Origin: an uncultured Poribacteria bacterium | GTDB lineage: Bacteria > Poribacteria > WGA-4E > WGA-3G | NCBI GenBank assembly: GCA_951813565.1 | Contig: OX638351.1 | Coordinates: forward strand, 3,136,001-3,200,000 | Reading direction: 5' to 3' | Length of the DNA: 64,000 nt | Part shown: in pieces, positions 61,919 to 64,000 of the stretch | How positions within the stretch are numbered: the first letter of the stretch is position 1 | Layout of the letters: the number at the start of each line of letters is the position of its first letter | Notes under the pieces: model-generated | The model's database searches: none | What the model was told of the DNA's origin: nothing | The model's input: the letters and a program-made list of their open reading frames with translations, nothing else | Program-made: the position numbers and the translations under genes

Positions 61919-62277
61919 TTCACGGATCAATATCGGATGATGGAGTCCCAATAATCACACTTTCTATCGTAGGACAAGAATGTACCGCAACTATAGATAC
62001 AGGCTTCAATGGATATCTGGAACTACCTGAAACTCTACGAAATACGTTGAATCCCCAATATATTGGTCTAGTGATTTCAGTATTAGCAGGCGGGCAAACA
62101 ATTGAAGAAGAACTTTATCAAGTCAATTTTCTTTTTGATGGAAGGATAATTCCTGCCGAGGCAACATTCGTTGTTAATGGTGAGATTCTTATAGGGCCTC
62201 ATTTGCTTCGTGAGTATCGTCTGGAGATTGATTTTGTCAGACGAACCGTTGTATTAGAAAAGGTTATTATCGGATAA
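61915..62277 (+). CDS. Clan AA (retropepsin-like) aspartic protease
   Basis: ATIDTGF and ILIG motifs; 120 aa. Confidence 0.8.
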   Translation: MIHGSISDDGVPIITLSIVGQECTATIDTGFNGYLELPETLRNTLNPQYIGLVISVLAGGQTIEEELYQVNFLFDGRIIPAEATFVVNGEILIGPHLLREYRLEIDFVRRTVVLEKVIIG

Positions 62278-62325
62278 TTGTTTAGTAGTTACCAAAACAA
62301 AATGCATCGAACCACATACTGGATA

Positions 62326-62853
62326 TTATTTTCTCAACCGCTCAACAATTTTGTCAACAATCCCCTCAGCGCGGTCACGAATCTGTTCCTGTGTAAGACT
62401 CTGGATCGGATGTGTAACCGTAAGTGGTTCTAATTCATTGTATCCGAGCACACGCGCCTGCACCTTTCCTGCTGCAAAAAATACCTCTGTACAGATCGTC
62501 ACACTCGGTACGCCGCGCTCCTCTAAAACACTTCCATCGTGCATACTGCACGATATACAAGAGCCTCAGTCGGCGAGACCTTCAATGACGAAATCTGTCT
62601 GATCGGCAAGGTCATTGAGCAGCTCAGTCGGAGCTGGACGCGCAAATGTCGGTTTCTTGACACGGACCACCTCAGCAATGTCAAACCGTTCGCGCATTAA
62701 TTCTTCAACGCGATCAAGAAAAATATCACTACCATTTTTGGTGATATCCAGCAAACCCATCACTTTTCCATCAAAGGTATCAAGTCGTGGAGCCAAAAAT
62801 TTTTCATCTGCATCACTTTGGGAGGTAGGATCAAGTAAAGTAACGTTTGCCAT
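62326..62853 (-). CDS. UGSC-family selenoprotein (in-frame UGA at 62566-62568)
   Basis: Read-through gives IEGLAD-U-GSCISCSMHDG and joins two in-frame ORFs. Confidence 0.88.
62536..62554 (-). promoter_or_regulatory. Putative bacterial SECIS hairpin
   Basis: AUCGUGCA-GUA-UGCACGAU, 11 nt 3' of the UGA. Confidence 0.65.
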
Positions 62854-62865
62854 AGTCAAAATCTC

Positions 62866-63198
62866 CTATGTGGTTGAACCGGACGTTTCCAACTGTATCT
62901 GTTGCGACTTCGCCATCGCATCTTCTGCTTCCTGAATCATACCTTTACGCTGGTAACACATAGATAAACTGGTGTAAACAAGCGGATCATTCGGATTGAT
63001 TTCAATCGCTTTTTCGACTGCTTCAATGGCTTCATCGTATTGACTAAGCCGTTCATACGCATGTCCCAATCCGAGATACCCCTCAATATATTCTGGATAC
63101 GATTCAATAAGTTCCTTAAAAGCGTTAACAGCAGCTTCCAGGTCATTTTCTGCGAAATGAGTCAGTGCTACATCGTAAAGTTGTTCTTGTGTTGACAT
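62866..63198 (-). CDS. Small TPR protein
   Basis: About three TPRs; RBS aagga. Confidence 0.82.
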   Translation of the reverse strand: MSTQEQLYDVALTHFAENDLEAAVNAFKELIESYPEYIEGYLGLGHAYERLSQYDEAIEAVEKAIEINPNDPLVYTSLSMCYQRKGMIQEAEDAMAKSQQIQLETSGSTT

Positions 63199-63270
63199 AT
63201 TTTCTTCCTTACAAAATTTGAAAACATTTTAACAAAAACCGAAGTGAAAGTCAATTGGATTTTAGGATAA

Positions 63271-63426
63271 CGTGAGTTTGATAATTAACTGGACAGGCAA
63301 AAATTGAACAGAGAACGGGCATATTTGCTGAAAAAAATCGTTATTTTGGTGTTTTTAACCCTAAATCCCCTTATCAGAGGACTTTAAGAGGAAATGTAGA
63401 AATCCTAACTATTTATCAAACTCACG
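63271..63426. mobile_element. MITE, CGTGAGTTTGATAA family (intact copy)
   Basis: 14-bp TIR, perfect 9-bp TSD TTAGGATAA; homologous to 15061-15808. Confidence 0.88.
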
Positions 63427-63602
63427 TTAGGATAAGATGTGTAAATATTTGGCATATAGGTTCAATTTACGAAGAACCCTTCGCGTTTTCAACTGTAAGC
63501 GCGAGTCTCTGTGCCCGCCCGTTGTTTCCGGACTTCAAACATAGCGTGGGATTGCATTCAGAAAACCTAAAACTGAATGTCTTTACTTAATTTTAAAAAT
63601 TA

Positions 63603-63632
63603 TTGACAAAAAGTATTGAAATCTGGTATCAT
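63603..63632 (+). promoter_or_regulatory. Putative sigma70 promoter of the NUDIX gene
   Basis: TTGACA-18-TATCAT with TG extension. Confidence 0.5.
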
Positions 63633-63641
63633 ATTTTCTAA

Positions 63642-64000
63642 GTGTATTGCTACGATTACCCGCGCCCTTCAGTGACTATTGATATTGTGTTGTTGACGGA
63701 TGCTTTCCCGCATCCCAAAGTCTTGTTAATTCGCCGTAAGAATCCTCCGTTCAAAGACCTGTGGGCACTTCCAGGCGGGTTTTTGGAAATGGATGAAACA
63801 CTTGAGGAGAGCGCGTGCCGCGAGTTACACGAAGAAACGAACATCTCAGATGTCCAACTGACACAAGTAGGCACTTTCGGACGCCCTGACCGTGACCCAC
63901 GCGGGCGCGTTATTACTGTTGCCTACGTTGGAATCATCGGATCGGAACAACAAGAAGCTATAGCAGGTTCCGATGCTGCTGAAGTTTCGTGGTTTCCGAC
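63642..64000 (+). CDS. NUDIX hydrolase (ADP-ribose pyrophosphatase-like), 3'-partial; absent from the ORF track
   Basis: YDYPRPSVTIDIV...WALPGGFLEMDETLEESACRELHEET...RDPRGRVITVAY...GSDA. Confidence 0.9.
   Translation, partial: MYCYDYPRPSVTIDIVLLTDAFPHPKVLLIRRKNPPFKDLWALPGGFLEMDETLEESACRELHEETNISDVQLTQVGTFGRPDRDPRGRVITVAYVGIIGSEQQEAIAGSDAAEVSWFP

Noticed and set aside
62326..62859. Two separate small genes or a nonsense pseudogene
   Set aside because: The in-frame UGA within a U-G-S-C motif plus a downstream hairpin favours a single selenoprotein.
1..64000. tRNA, rRNA or prophage genes
   Set aside because: None was recognised by eye. A covariance-model scan was not possible.

Overview
A gene-dense bacterial window with roughly 40-45% GC (estimated by eye). 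Its content suggests a Candidatus Poribacteria-like sponge symbiont, but this is an inference: it has LamG proteins with a shared C-terminal TTTWG tag, WD40/TPR/vWA/FGE-domain expansions, a sulfatase, GH95, NagA and UxuA. Housekeeping and metabolic genes include purN, clpB, comEC, fdhD, nagA, uxuA, an ABC transporter and a TRAP transporter. The most striking locus is 12.5-21.5 kb. It has a GrpE-like gene, a lid-less Hsp70 and four tandem genes fusing a non-canonical J-domain (RPD/RAD instead of HPD) to a non-catalytic FGE-sulfatase/C-type-lectin-fold domain. The Hsp70 is changed at its J-docking residues, and the paralogs are recombination mosaics. Together this looks like a dedicated chaperone system with diversifying substrate receptors. 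Other highlights: a UGSC selenoprotein split in the ORF track, with a SECIS-like hairpin; an IS630 whose removal restores a TPR fusion gene; a TnpB-only IS605-type element; an ECF/anti-sigma/triple-vWA cluster; a sigma54-type promoter before clpB; and an unusually rich set of nested REPs, MITEs and ~33-bp micro-elements in the intergenic spaces.
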